In this document: positions 1 to 14,335 of the stretch, one piece after another
How the letters are laid out: each line of letters starts with the position of its first letter
Position numbering within the stretch: the first letter of the stretch is position 1
Origin: Octopus vulgaris
Taxonomy: Eukaryota
DNA: 64,000 bases
Direction: 5' to 3'
Assembly: GCA_951406725.2 (NCBI GenBank)
Contig: OX597823.1
Coordinates: 93,682,001 to 93,746,000 of the forward strand
Made by a program: the position numbers and the translations under genes
Notes under the pieces: model-generated
What the model was told of the DNA's origin: nothing
Databases searched by the model: none
What the model saw: the letters and a program-made list of their open reading frames with translations, nothing else

Positions 1-437
1 AATAAATAAGCTGAGTGTAGAGGCGGGAGGTGGGGACTAAAACTAGTAACAAGATGGAAGGATGTATGAGAATAAGTTATCAGAAATTCTTAAATTAAAG
101 TATAAGATAACGATTTCACACAACCTGGTACACACGTACACAAACACACACATAGATACTCACACAGGCACACACAAACACTCACACACACAAACACTCG
201 CACACAAACACATACTACATACATATGTATGTTTGTTTTTATACTCAGTTATAAAAGCAATCTGATGGGTTACTCTATAATTTTGTAGATTACAAATTTA
301 TTATTCTTTAACGAAAATATCATTGACAGTGACTTCGGAGTTTCGGTCAATAAAACCTAAGTCGGAATGCAATCCGTCGATGGCTTTACTATCCGAAACT
401 TTGAAGTGACAGTCAATAATATTCGCTTTTAATATAC

Positions 438-838
438 ATGCGTGGATTGGTGGTAAGAAGCTTGCTTCCAACCACATGGTTCGGCGTTCAGTCCCATTGC
501 GTAGCACCTTGGGCAAGTGTCTTCTGCTATAGTCTCGGGCCGATCAAAGCCTTGTGAGTGGATTTGGTAGACGGAAACTGAAAGAAGCCTGTCGAATATA
601 TGTGTGTGTTTTTGTATCTATGTGTGTGTATCTTTGTATTTGTGTTTGCCCTCCACCATCACCGCTTAGCAACCGTTGTTGGTGTGTTTACGTCCCCGTA
701 ACTTAGCGGTTCGGCAATAAGAGACCGATAGAATAACTACCAAGCTTCAATACAAAATAAGATCTAGGGTCGATTAAAAACCTTTCATGGCGGTGCTCCT
801 GTATGACCGAAGTCAAATGACTGAAACAAGTTAAAGAA
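438..838 (+). mobile_element. tRNA-derived SINE family A, full-length diverged copy
   Basis: Head ...GGTAAGAAGCTTGCTTCCAACCACATGGTTCGGCGTTCAGTCCC, internal TG/TA tract and tail ...GGCGGTGCTCC...AAATGACTGAAACAAG; about 10 homologous copies in the window. Confidence 0.85.
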
Positions 839-839
839 T

Positions 840-840
840 G

Positions 841-912
<72 letters not shown>

Positions 913-953
913 TAGATATAGATATATACATATATATATATATATATATTTAT

Positions 954-1025
<72 letters not shown>

Positions 1026-1207
1026 GTATACACATGTATATATATACAGATATATATATACATACATATATATATATACATATATATATGCATATATAGA
1101 TATATATACATACAATATATTTATATATATATTTAATGTATGTACATACACGTTCATATACGTATATTTGTATGTGTGTGTGCGCGCCTATGTATGTGTG
1201 TGTGTGC
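840..1207. repeat. compound (TA)n/(GA)n/(TG)n microsatellite
   Basis: Direct reading; source of the YIYI ORFs. Confidence 0.95.
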
Positions 1208-2634
1208 TTATAGAAGGATATGTAAGTTGTAAGGTATTAGATAACAGCTGTAAATAAAGCAGAGCATATAGCATTGTCTCTGTGTTCCATTAACGAAATT
1301 CCCGCCCGTATCAACGATCTGCATATAAACAATCACACCTTCACAAAACCTTTTTATGTGTTTCGATAAGCTATTTCTATAACCTGGTCTCTACCTTGAG
1401 ATAAGAACTTCATTGATAAACACTTCATGGAAATAATGTATATTTTCTAGCCAGTACCGTTTGACACCCATTCCATCCAGTCCAAATTCTTCTTCGATTT
1501 GCCTTGGAATTCTATATTTTCAGGCTACGTCGTGCGTATATTTCTGTAATATCTCTTTTCTTATAACTGTTTTCTCTTTATTATTATTGTGTAAGAGTAT
1601 TTTTTCACACAATATTTTCAGGCAGAAGCCTTTCATCTAAAACACTATAAAAAATTATTAAATGCCAGAGAAAAAATATGTAATCTTGATCTCCAATTTA
1701 ACGTGCCTATCGCTTTAGAACAAAGAATACGGTGTGACTTACCTGGAAATCTTTCATAAGGATTTGTGGTGCATAAAAACACATGTAATTATACTGTTGA
1801 CAGACGATAGTCGTCTGCTACGGCCACTGGAGGTCTCAGATCATGTAATTTCACCCTTCAGACTCTGTTTTCTCCCAAGATTCTATGTGTCGTTGACGGG
1901 AGATTCGTCTATTATCACGCTGCTGAACATCTATCACTGACTAACCCACAAGTTGAAATGATTCTGGCTGCGTAACAGACGGCTCTCGTCCGTCAACGAT
2001 GTAATTTGTGCATTTGTGCACCCCACGTCCTCGTGAGAGATCCTCTTAAGGTAAACAAGGGAGTATTTTGTGTTCAAACACCACCGTCATGCTAAGCTGA
2101 AGATCAAGATTACGTAAATAACACCATATTGATTCTGTACTTCTTTTGCTACGCTTCATAAACACTCCGAATTTTATCTCACAAAGTCTCATCTCCAGAA
2201 TGTTAAACTATATCTCAATAGCCATCAGGTGAATATCCATACTTTTGAATATCTTAAAATTCTCTTTGCCAATGTATAATACGATTATTCAATTTTACAT
2301 ATATTATAAAAGTCATCCGAAATAGCTTTTCTTACAAACGTCACAAGATTCAAATTTGTATCTTTTTCCCCAACAAATTTAAATAATCACATTCCTGTAA
2401 CAGAAGAAAATATTCTCCTGCAGTGAATTCCATTAATATAAATATTCTTTTTTATATCAATATATTTTCACTTTTAGTCAATTTCTTTGACTCATCCAAC
2501 ACATCCATAGATTAACTTAACAATTTAGAGTGACAATATTTCATCTTAATTACATCTCTGAAATTTTTCTCGTCTAATTTATACTCTAATAATCTTCATA
2601 TCTTTCATCTGCTTCAATTGTGATAATTCAGTTT

Positions 2635-2982
2635 CAAATTTTGGCACAAGACAACAAAGTTCGCAGTGGAAGGTTAAGTCAATTAGATCAACCCCAGTGT
2701 GCAACTGGTTCTTATTTTTCTCAGCCCCGAAAAGATGAAAGGGAAAACAGACCTGGGCGGAATTTGGACTTCGAACGTAAAAGACGGATGAAACTCCTCT
2801 AATGAATTTTGCGGCATTTCATCCGCCTTTTACGTTTCAAGTTCAAATTCCTAGTGGGCCACCTTTTTCGTTCATCCTCTCGGGTTTTCTAAAATGAACA
2901 CCTGTTGACCACGGGGATCGATATAATCGACTTTTGACCCTGAGTCCTAAATTATTGGCGTTCTATCAGCATTTGAAACCAA
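2635..2982. mobile_element. two SINE family C fragments in opposite orientation
   Basis: ACCCCAGTGTGCAACTGGT...AAAGATGAAAGG...GGCGGAATTTGGACT followed by a reverse-complement version; matches 10120-10475. Confidence 0.65.
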
Positions 2983-3549
2983 TACGGAAGTTAAATAACT
3001 ACATTCAAATACAAATCATCTTAAGCTACAGTTTTCATTCGAACTGCTTCCATATAATTTATTCATGTATATGTGATGTGTGGGAGTGTATTTAATAAAC
3101 ACTGTGTATAATTAATATTATGATGCTATGATTTTAAACTACTATAATTTTCACTTATTCCAAAACACTACCCTCTGCTTGTAAGTAATTCTTCTATTAC
3201 CAGGATCACAGGAGCATTCTTCGTTAATTGCCCCCCTATTACATCGACATTTCGCTTGCAGCCCCCATATAACTCCGCCGAAAATAAGGAATGAGCACAA
3301 CCATACAATCAAATTATTCAGGAATTGAACAAAGTTGATAGGAAAGATAGCTTTAGAAGAGAGGAAAACGATTAAATTAAGAAAAATATCAATAACGCGA
3401 ATTTAATCGTATTAAATGTAGATCGGTATCAAACATTAGGTCAGAATCTAATATACATATGCTTCAAATCAAAGCGTCGGCCGCTTACAATAAACAAATT
3501 AGAAATGAAAATGACAACGGAATAAATCCATTAAGTTATGAACTTTAGC

Positions 3550-3624
3550 AGCTTACAGTTGTTTCTGCTATATGAAGCAATGCAAGAATAGGCTTATGTG
3601 ATAACCATTAGCTTCATCAGAGCT
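3550..3624 (-). ncRNA. type I hammerhead ribozyme motif
   Basis: Minus strand: AGCT-CTGATGA-A GCTA...TAGC A-GAAA-CAACTG-TA-AGCT; stem I AGCT/AGCT, stem II GCTA/TAGC, GUA cleavage triplet. Confidence 0.7.
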
Positions 3625-3874
3625 TTAATCATGAAGTGCAACTTTTAAAATTGCATTTCATATTTGAAGTTCCGGTAATAGTATAGCATAATAAAGGCCA
3701 CACACAAGCACCCTAACGGGCGCTTGTGTATTACTTCCTTACATACATGCACACAGAACACATGCATAAACACATACATACGTACGTTCCTACATAAATA
3801 CATAAACACATAATACCGACCTACACACACACACACACACATACACACACACATATATATATATATATATAACA

Positions 3875-4175
3875 AATGGAAGACAAGATGGAACATATGA
3901 GCATATATTGTTAATCACGACAATTGTTTCGACACATCTAGCACCGAATCCTTTTGTGGGACACTCAACAACTGGTTCAGGAGTATCCGGTGGTGCAGAG
4001 ATATCTCGTCGGGTGATAAGTAAATAAATAAATAAACTCGTTAAAATGACTGTTGCACAATGCAACTTTCTGTTTTGTAGAGAGAAAGAGGTAGACAGAG
4101 GAAACTTCTTCATATATATAGAAGATCCCCAAAATAAATTTGCAGAAGACAAAGAGAGAAACGAACACGTATATA
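3875..4175 (-). mobile_element. PLE pLTR-like repeat with variant hammerhead at 3914-4017
   Basis: Reverse-complement homologue of 16365-16660; ATCAC-CCGACGA-GATATCTC...AGATGTGTC-GAAA-CAATTG-TC-GTGAT. Confidence 0.65.
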
Positions 4176-4667
4176 TAAATTTGTTATGTGAAGTGATATT
4201 CAGATGACAAAATGGAATATAGTGAATATTTGAACAATGAACTCTAGGCCCGTAAGGTTTCGACTGAAAAGGAGAACAATGGAAGTTCACTGTTGATTAG
4301 CTTTGCAGAATCATTTCGAAATATGATTTGAATTATTATTTAAATGTAAACTTATAACAAAGCATTATTTGTTGTTCAGAAAATATATTGACTTAAAGTT
4401 GTTTTTAAAACGCATTTAAATTATGTGAAAGGAGAACAAATGTAAAATAGTGTCAGATGACTTGTATTTTAATGAAGTTAAAATGACTAGAATCTTAAAC
4501 TAAAAGCTAATTCGGCTGAACGCCCCAGGCCATGCAAACCTATTAGATTGGAAGGTAATGGCAGATATAAAGGTTTATCAAGGGAAAAAAGCACATTAAT
4601 ATGAAGGAGTGCATTTCATGAGTTCTAAGTTGATTTCTAGATATTTTCACTGAGAGCCACATTAACG

Positions 4668-4996
4668 TAGCAGCAGCAGCAACGGCAGTAGTAGTAGTAG
4701 TAGTAGTTGCAACAGCAGCAGCAGTAGCAGTAGTAGTAGCAGCAGCATAGTAGCAGTACTAGTAGTAGTAGTAGTAGCAGCAGCGCGCCAGCAGCGCGCC
4801 AGCAGCAGTAGTAGTAGTTGTAGTAGTAGTAGTGGTAGTAGTGGTAGTAGCAGCAGCATTGTAGCAGTACTAGTAGTAGTAGTAGCAGCAGCAGCGCGCC
4901 AGCAGCAGTAGTAGTAGTTGTAGTAGTAGTAGTGGTAGTGGCAGCAGCAGCAGCAGTAGTAGTAGTTGTAGTAGTAGTAGTGGTAATTGCAGCAGC

Positions 4997-5028
<32 letters not shown>

Positions 5029-5087
5029 CAGCAGCAGCAGCAGTAGTGGTGGTAGTGTTAGCGGTTGAGGTGGTGATGGTGGTGGTG
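4668..5087. repeat. compound (TAG)n/(CAG)n/(TGG)n trinucleotide repeat with ~100-bp internal duplication
   Basis: Direct reading; GCAGTACTAGTAGT...GCAGCGCGCCAGCAGC occurs twice. Confidence 0.9.
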
Positions 5088-5649
5088 TTCATGTATATGT
5101 TCAAACACCGGAAATTCTCCTCAAATAATTCTTACGCTGAATCGTTAATCGCGCGCCATAAAATCCGGAGATAGACATTGCTTGGTTCTACGTAACCAAA
5201 CGCAAAGAAATAAACGGAGAAATATAAATATAATAAAAATTTCGGAATGGTTTGAATCCAACCCGCATTCGCTAGCAAAAAGTAATAACTTCCATGCTGC
5301 TAAATCTCTTTCGTCTGTTTGTAGGCATTCCATAGCAGAAAATATCATTGTATTCCGACATGAAGCCAAATGGTTTTCTTGGCAAGAATATGGTCAAAGC
5401 GTATTTTAATATTAACGTAAACCTGGTTGAATTGTTCCACTCAAACAAAAACGGTAGAGTTAATAATTTGTAACCAAGCTGCAACCGAAAATTACTTTCT
5501 CGTCCCCATTTGTATTCCATTCGTATCAATGTATTTGAAGGGTTACTTCGTTACTTTTTATGTAAGATGATAATAGTGTAAAACCTACGCGAAATCGTCA
5601 AGAATAGATTCTTTATATTTCGATATATATATATATATATATATATATG

Positions 5650-6255
5650 ATAGTGAGCAAAAATATGCGACCAGGAAGGGAAATGTAACGATAAAGCGAT
5701 CTCACACGTACTTGTACATACGGCGGCAAGCAGCCGAGGTGTGTTGAGCCGGCTCCGATTAACGAGTTCATCACACCGCTTATGAATGCTATAAGAGTAA
5801 GCGATTCGGATAGCGTAGACGCGCCGTAGCCGCGCTCAGTATTCGCTCTTAGGTGCGGAGTTCATGTTCGGAGGGTCAGTTGGAAAACATGTTCGCATGT
5901 GGTCTCCCCTTACATGCAAACACAGGTTCGCATGTGGTCCCCGCTCGCATGTTCCTCTTTCCGTCGATTGTCGCCCATTGCAAAAGATTCTCTTACCAAG
6001 TTACCGCACATTATTGGAACAGATACAGCTTGGTTTTGAAGAAGGTTCTAAAGACATGCTTTAACAAAAGCTAAGGGGTCCCTCACTCCCAGTGAACTTC
6101 CAGTACGCCGAATATTAACCTGCAATTTGTGAGGACCGGCGCTATTAATACATAGTCGTCGAACCTACATTTGGTTAACCTGTTCTTATGACTGGTTTTA
6201 CTTTTTGCCCTGTTGAGGCTCTAGCAACCCTCTTCACGAGGCAGGCCTAGTGGGG
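5650..6255 (-). mobile_element. possible 3' remnant of an R2-superfamily (REL) non-LTR retrotransposon
   Basis: GC-richer island next to (TA)n; only weak minus-strand resemblance to REL C-termini (GSSLGV). Confidence 0.25.
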
Positions 6256-6261
6256 GAGGCG

Positions 6262-6388
6262 ATTTAGTCGTCGAATACCTGACTATGGAGCAGGTCAAAA
6301 AATAAGTACCAAGTGAGAACTAGGGTCGATGTAATCGAATTATTACCATCACTGAAATTGCTGGCCTTGTGCCAAAATTTGAAACTAA
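6262..6388 (+). mobile_element. SINE family C fragment
   Basis: AATAAGTACCAAG...GGGTCGATGTAATCGA...GGCCTTGTGCCAAAATTTGAAAC. Confidence 0.6.
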
Positions 6389-6539
6389 TATCATAAAATA
6401 TCATAATATTTCTTTCATCATATAATTGTAACGTGTTAACGGCCTTCAATACGTAGGTACTCATGTATAAATATACACATGTATAGTGTGTGTGTATTAC
6501 ACACACACACACACACACAAAAACAAACAAAACGTCATC

Positions 6540-6750
6540 TGAAATGTGGTATTCAGGGAATGAGAGAGTTTGCTACTCTTGTCTATGTTTCCTGTTGCAA
6601 GGTGGTTTCATCCGAAACTCTCAAAAGAAAGAGATCCAGTCTTTTGAATACACCTACGTCAATCTTATGCTGGTCTCCCAGGCCTTTTAGTAGGTATTTG
6701 AAGAGCTGTTGTCTATCCAGCCCCAAGCTGTTGCAACATCTGTTTCTGAA
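6540..6750 (-). mobile_element. CR1-group LINE 3' end fragment
   Basis: Minus frame KYLLKGLGDQHKIDVGVFKRLDLFLLRVSDE resembles the ORF2 C-terminus at 62500-62640 (FKRSLDRFLQGIQDKP). Confidence 0.55.
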
Positions 6751-6753
6751 TCA

Positions 6754-6791
<38 letters not shown>

Positions 6792-7229
6792 AAGTGTGTG
6801 TGTGTGTGTGTATACGTATGTATGTACACATGTATGTATATCTTATTGAACATAAAATCAAAAAATTGCCAACAATCATGCCGGCATCGTCCTGTGTGTT
6901 TATTTATTTCACACAGAACACTGACATGGAATATGGAATATGGCCCAAAACATTTTCACTTCTTTTGCGACTTTTGTTCCAAGAGAAATTCATGTGTTTT
7001 GAAAAAGTCCTTAGACTCTGTATAGTTTCTACGGTGTCCCATTTGTATTGGAATTAAATGCTTGACAGAGCGATGAAGCACAAGATTCCCATTTTCAAAA
7101 ATATACTGCAGTTGAGTAAACGTTCAAAGATGTCGCCCCAGCATGGCCACTTGCCATTGACTGAAACTGATAAAGGAATGAAAAAAACTGAATACGGTAA
7201 ATGGATATAGATATGCGCGTCTATGTTTG

Positions 7230-7327
7230 AGTGCGTGTGTGTGTGTGAGAGACAGAGAGAGAGAGAGTGTGTGTCTTTGTGAGCGTGCACGCGTTTATAT
7301 GTATATGTATTCATACACATACACACT

Positions 7328-7387
<60 letters not shown>

Positions 7388-7667
7388 GATGATTAAAAAC
7401 CAAAAACATATATAAATGAAGATACATACATGCATATACACAATTAAAAACGTATGTATCTAATGGGACATTTACTTAAAATATATAAAAACATATGCAC
7501 ATACACATATATGTATCTATACACACACACACACACATATATATTTATATATATTTATACATACACACATACACACATACACACACACATGTATATATAT
7601 TCAGAGACATCCTTAACGTACGTACAGAACCATACATAAGTGTGTGTGTATATATATAAGCATATCA

Positions 7668-7717
<50 letters not shown>

Positions 7718-7897
7718 ATATATATGTATATATATAGTGCCTCTGTATGTATACATATGTGTCTATTTATCTCTATATATATACATATATATGTCTAAAT
7801 GTATATGCATATATATATATATATATTCATATATATGTATATATACACATACATATATGCATCTATAAGTATATATATATATATACATATATACATA

Positions 7898-7990
<93 letters not shown>

Positions 7991-8005
7991 GTATATATGG
8001 ATGTG
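7230..8005. repeat. compound (TA)n/(CA)n microsatellite region
   Basis: Direct reading. Confidence 0.9.
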
Positions 8006-8794
8006 TGCCTGTGACTATTTATGCATATGTTTACACAGAGTGCGTAGAGGCTGCTTTATTGACATATCATCGATATTTACTTTATCATACGAAAGACATT
8101 TGAAGTAAAATGAAAAAGAAAATCTTCTTTAAAAAAAACCCGAGAGTCTATCCACTCCTCGGCTTTTGCCTAAAGCAGATTTTTCAACAGAAACATTTCT
8201 TTATTCTCTTTACGTCCTATAACACAGACACACACACACACACACAGACACACATGTGCATGGATGCTACTATTTACGAATACCTACCTCCGTACACATA
8301 CAGATTCAGTCGTACCTCTTCACTATTGTATAAGTTCAATATTCGTGTTCTGATAGAAAATGTCTTTCAGTATTGACATGAAAGATGATGAATAACGATT
8401 ATTAAATCAGTGTCTATATTCTTTAGAAAATTCCATGGATCTACGTCGTGGATAACGATGATTATTCCAGTTGTTCGTAGTGTTTAGCTCGGTAAAAACA
8501 CACGCACATACTATTGTGAAATTGGTTGTTTTTGTTAAGATTTTTCTGTCTTTCGTGTTACTCGAGTAAAGACGCCGAGATAATGAGTCTGTTAAATGTG
8601 TCTGGGGTTTACAGATGCGATCCAAATATCGCTTTCCAATAGTTTATTAAACTTTTGCTTCGGCCCTACTGCGACGGATTAAGGACCGCATGGTTGCGAA
8701 ATGACTATCTTAATTAGATGGTACCAACTATATGCATTTTCTTTTACTTGTTTTAGTCATTAGACTGCAGCCAAGAATTTAAATCCGAAAACTT

Positions 8795-9700
8795 TTGGAA
8801 TTTAAATTAATACAAATTAATATAAACCCTAAAGTTAAATTTACAATGCAGCGTAACAAAGAACAGCTCCCTTTCTTGGATATTATGATGAAAAAAGCCG
8901 ACAACCAAATTGTAACTGACATTTATCTTAAACCAACGGACTCGAAGCAATATCTCCTGTTTAGCTCATGCCGCCCGAAAAACATCAAAAGAAATATCCC
9001 CTTTAAAAGTGATTTGCAGAACAGTGTATAATGAAAGTACTCGGGACCTTCGTCTTCAAAACTCCAGAACAGCACTAACTGAAAGAAAATATCCACCCTC
9101 ACTTATAGACAATAGAAATAAACGTTGTAAGAAACGGTAACAAAACGTAACACCACACCTCATCTCAAAACTCTACCGTATATATCAACTCACAAACCTA
9201 GAAACAATGAGGCATACAGTACTATTTTACAAACTCTACCTATGCTGAAAAGATTTCTAACAAATATGAAGCTTTACACAATAACTACGAAACCAACGGT
9301 TAAAAATGTGGACACCCAAACTGCGGAACACGCCCCAACCTAATGGAAGGCTCGGAATTCCTATTCAAACAAGGAGATAAGTTCACAATCAAAACCAAAT
9401 TCAATTGTGCTTCCGAATATCTAATTTATGTTGTAATTTGTTCAGGTGGTGGACGTAACGATATAGGACAGACAAGTATGGTACTTAGACGAGGAACCAC
9501 ACTATATAAGGAAGAGATCCGGTTCACGCAATACACACATATTCCTTTCAGTCAACACATAGAGATGTGCAGGTAATATCCAACGAAACTGCACAGTTTT
9601 CCCCGTCTACCAGTGCAAAGAAACAATTTCTGTACAAGAACGTTTAAATAAAGAAATTTGTTCATTGAACAATACAGAACACGTCTAAATATGAATGCAT
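8795..9700 (+). mobile_element. Penelope-like element (Neptune-type) remnant: RT C-terminus, Cys linker and GIY-YIG endonuclease, frameshifted
   Basis: LPFLDI...TDIYLKPTDSKQYLLFSSCRPKNIKRNIPF (PLE RT thumb), KCGHPNCG linker, FNCASEYLIYVVICSG..DIGQTS (GIY-YIG). Confidence 0.85.
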
Positions 9701-9994
9701 ATCCAACTTTGGTCTCAGTATATATTTTAATTCACGATCACATAACCATCACTGTACATATTTTATCTCACTACTTTAGGTTTTCAGTTTTCGTATATGC
9801 ATTTATCGTATATGCATTTATCTGAAATCTGAGCAATTATTCCCCCTGTCCCCAATGAAAATAAACCCTAATTACCTCTCCTTAGATTTTTCTACTTGTT
9901 GAATCATTCATTCACAAACTTCTCCACACACATCACGAACTAAAATATTCTTAGGAAAATACGAAATTACAATAATTTCAATGTCAGTATTAGC

Positions 9995-10475
9995 GAAAGC
10001 GAAAGGATGAAAGACAAGGTCGACATCGGCGGAATTTTAATTTGAACTCAAAATTTAAAGCCAGCCGAAACGCTGCTAATCATGTTGTCAGGCGCGATAA
10101 CGATACTTTTTTTTTCTACTCTGAGCACAAGGCCTGAAATTTTGGGGGAGAGGGGGCAGTCGATTAGACCTACCCCAGTACACAACTGGTACCCGAAAGG
10201 ATGAAAGGCAAAGTCGACCTCGGAGGAATTTGAACTCAGAACGTAAAGACAGACGAAATATCCTTTTCTGCTTTAGGCACAAGGCTCGGAATTTTGGGGG
10301 AGGGGCTAGTCGATTAGATTGACACCAGTTCGCAACTGGTACCTAATTATCGATACCGAAAGGATGAAAGGTAAAGTCGACCTCGGCGGAATATGAAATC
10401 ACAATGTAAAGACAGGCGAAATAGCATTAAGCATCTCGCCCCGCGTGCTAACGTTTCTGCAAGCTCGCCGCCTTA
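9995..10475 (-). mobile_element. cluster of three SINE family C copies
   Basis: Three repeats of GAAAGGATGAAAG..AAGTCGACCTCGGCGGAATTTGAACTC; ends ...GCTCGCCGCCTT. Confidence 0.85.
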
Positions 10476-12605
10476 TACTTAAAGCCACATATTATGATGA
10501 AAATATTTTCCCTTATTCTGGTTTAATTTGTGTTTAATCCTTGAGATTCTTGGAGAAATTTTCAAACAGAATATATGCAGAAAGCCCTACATTGTCTCTT
10601 TTAATAAACCTATATTTGGATTTTGTTTGAATACTGTTAAATAATCAATACCCTGGATCCTACAACTGCAATGCATTGATATCGTGTCTAGTTTAATTCT
10701 AGTGATAATGTAATTTAATATCTAGTTAGAAACTGACCCTAATTCACATTTAATGTTGTTCAATTGTTCGCAATTAAGCTTGCTTGTGAAGTTTCCTTGT
10801 GAACTCTGGATGTTTAATACATCTTACACTCATTGATGCTTTCAATAGGATCATCTATTTGGAACTATTTGCGTTAATATTTCGGCTAATCATTTATTAG
10901 CTTTTATTTTCTAGTTCTAATTTTCTTGTACAACGTCGTGGTCTTCTCTCATAATAATGCAGCGTAGATATTTCTATCACCGTCTTAATTTACTGAGTTG
11001 TGTTGACCAGCAGAAATAGAATTCTATGTCCTTATTTAATTCCCAAATCTCTTACTCTGAACGTTTAATTTTACTTAATACATTTTTAATTCAATTCTGC
11101 TTAAACTTCAAGTTTTTGATGTTTAAGGCAGAACTGAAAACCGAACACATTTGTCAATGAGTTGGGTATGAATATATTGAAGTTGAAATGCTATTATATT
11201 CTTCTTTCAACCGTTTTGTAAAAGTTGCTTGATCAAAGTTTCTGTTGGTAGAATTAGGCTGTTTCTCACCTTGGTTGAAATTGCACAATCCGATTGCGTA
11301 ATGTTTCCCCATTATTTAGTGTATTATCCTTTAGACTATTAAGTCATCTATCGACTTGAAAGCATTTTAGTGTTAATTATAAGCAACGAGCAACTATGCC
11401 CTCGCTTTCCTCTAAAATTTTGGTTAGATCAATAAATATACCCCTGAAAAGCCTCAGCGCCAAAACGAACGAGTGTAGAAATATCTTGGGACTGATTTGA
11501 AACTTTAATTTTCCATTATTGGATTAATCTGATTTGATTGATTTAGAAATATAATAAAAATTATATAATAAAAATTATCATTGTTCCAGGGTTTCATTTG
11601 GACTCGCATGCCCTAAGTAAATTTTTTGTCCTGCACTTAGTCATGTCGATAACCACTAGACTGAATTTAATCTATAAGTATATAAGTTTAACGATATCAT
11701 TGCTTCAATCGACCATAATGGAAAAAAAAACTATTGAAATATCGAACAATATTACCCAATAGCGAATGGGCGCACCCTAATTTCTGTATGATAAGCTTAC
11801 GGCCAGCTAACATAACGGATAAATAAATATATGTAATAGGTGACCAGAAATTCACAGCTGATCATTCGGGGCAATTTCATACCGCCATGAGTCACCCATA
11901 TTTTGAAGTTAGTCTTATATCGTACGCCATGTGTGACGAAGACTAAACGGTTCGCCGGGATGAGTTCCATCTTTTCAAGATTTCCCCTCTACTTAAAAGA
12001 ACCAACCCTCAACAGATCTGTAAATGAATCTCGATAGAAGTTGCAGATTTAGTCTACGGATCATTTAACTCGGCAATATTTCAAAATTCCTTATGTATTA
12101 ATTATTTAAATACATGTACCCTGCCGAAGTCTCTTTCTTTTCATTGTTTTTCTTTCGTAAATTTAACGCATTTCATTATTACATTTTTATTCATGTGTAT
12201 TTTATGGAAGCCCTATATTTACTAACGATTGTATAAAGTATGTTGCAACCCGAAAAAGTAAGTAGCAAAGTGAAAGCTATGTCCAAGTGCGTGTGAAACT
12301 ATTTATATTGGTACGTATGACATTTAAGCCTTTTAGTCATACTCTCCTGTGAATAGGAAACTAAATGAGAACATTAAATAAGCTATATCACATTGTCTCA
12401 GTGTCCTATTTATAGGACACCGAGTATTTCCATTTCTACTTGAAGTAAAGGAGTTTTAATAATTATCCTTTTTTTCATTTTAACCTCTTTTCAATCATCC
12501 TTAAAAATTTCAAAGTAATATTCAGAAATTTAAGTACTCTGGACTTAATGTGTTAAGTATGTGTGTATAGAGAGATATGTTCTACACATTATACAAACAT
12601 CATAG

Positions 12606-12810
12606 GGGCAGGCGTGGCTTTGTAGTAAGAAGTTTGCTTCCCAACCACATTGCTCCCAGTTCAGTTCCACTGAATGGCACCAAGGGCAAGTGTATTTTAC
12701 TTCTGCCTCAACAGCAAAAGCCTTATGAGTGGAATTGGTAGACGGACTCTGAGAGAATCGCGTCATATATATATATATGAATTGGTAGATGGAAACTGAA
12801 AGAATCCTGT
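12606..12810 (+). mobile_element. SINE family A 5' part
   Basis: GGCGTGGCTTTGTAGTAAGAAGTTTGCTTCCCAACCAC...GGTAGACGG. Confidence 0.75.
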
Positions 12811-12813
12811 CAA

Positions 12814-13275
12814 ATTCGAGAGCGTACCCAAAAGAAACCGGAATTTTACAATATCATTTTATTCACTTAATTTTACATATTTCTCTTTCCTTCAAAGTCT
12901 TCTTCATTTGAAGCAATATATATATCGGTCCAGACGCGTTTTTCACTTTTCGAAGCAGTGCTGGAATTCTTGCGAAGTTATACTTTTTAACGCATCTTTC
13001 TTTTCTTCAACCTCCTCCACATCTGCAAATTCCGTAGCGCCAGATTTCGTCACCAGTGAGGACCTTCGAAAAACAAAGGCCCGGATCAACTTCCGATTCT
13101 TCTTTCAGTCCACGACATGCATTCAGTCATGACGCCTTTTGATCTTCCGTGAGAAGGGGAGACACAAATTTTGCTACAACTCTTTTTATTCGCAAATTTT
13201 CGCTCAAAATTTGTTGGCAGGAGCTTCAGGACACACCAGTTATATCAACAAATTCATCATTGTTCGGTGTCAGTT
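12814..13275 (-). mobile_element. decayed, internally deleted mariner transposon
   Basis: Minus-strand FADVEEVEEK...SQEFQHCFEK*KTRLDRYI (mariner C-terminus) and VLTGDE motif; TIR-like CGAGAGCGTACCCAAAAGAAACCGG. Confidence 0.75.
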
Positions 13276-13284
13276 ATGTATGTG

Positions 13285-13363
<79 letters not shown>

Positions 13364-13950
13364 GTGTGTGTGTGTGTATACATGTATATATATATATATA
13401 TGTATATATGTGTGCTGGTGTGCATGTTTGTATGTTCGCACATTTCTTTTTATGGAATTGTGTAATATTAATTTTCCAGTGAATAGGAATTTAATCAACC
13501 GGTAGTTGAAGTACGGAAGACGTTTTAGCCATGTGTTTGGCGAGCGAAAACACAGTATGGAATATATTTCAAGATATCAAGAAGACCAAATTAGTTATGT
13601 ATTAATATATGAAGAATATATAGATGTAAAGCCTATCAAAAAATTCCCCTCGCATTCAGAATAATTTTTATATCTATCGTCTCGGCTTAATGGCCCTCAC
13701 CGTTAGTTTGTACTGTTTTCTTCTCACTGTCCTGTTCTTGTTACCACTTTCACCCTCTGCAAAAAATTCCAAATTTTATTTAATTTGCTTTGTGGGAAGG
13801 ACTGTTTCAAAGAAGTTGCGTCATGTCCTTGCCTTCAAAATTCGGAGAAGATTAAACAGGGACAACTGAAGAAGGGGAATATTCTTTATGTTGTATGGCT
13901 CGTTTCTCATTGTGTTCAACGTTTTTTTGATGTCCTGTACCTATATATGC

Positions 13951-13997
<47 letters not shown>

Positions 13998-14301
13998 TAT
14001 GTAGGTATGTACATATATGTATGTAAATATATATTTATATATTATTTAAATTTTTATATGATCGAAGTTTTATCTATATATATGTATATATATATAGTGA
14101 GAGCGAGATAGATAGATAGATGTACACACACATACACATATGTATATATATGTATGTATGTATGTATGCATGTATGTATGTATGTATGTATTTATGTATG
14201 TATGTATGTATGTATGCATATATGTGTGTGTATGTATGTATATAATTATATATATATATAAAAAATAACAGAAATGCGACTGTATATATATATGTATGTA
14301 A

Positions 14302-14335
<34 letters not shown>

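Noticed and set aside
10500-11700. Possible decayed LINE endonuclease region on the minus strand
   Set aside because: Only vague motif resemblance; no frame could be supported by eye
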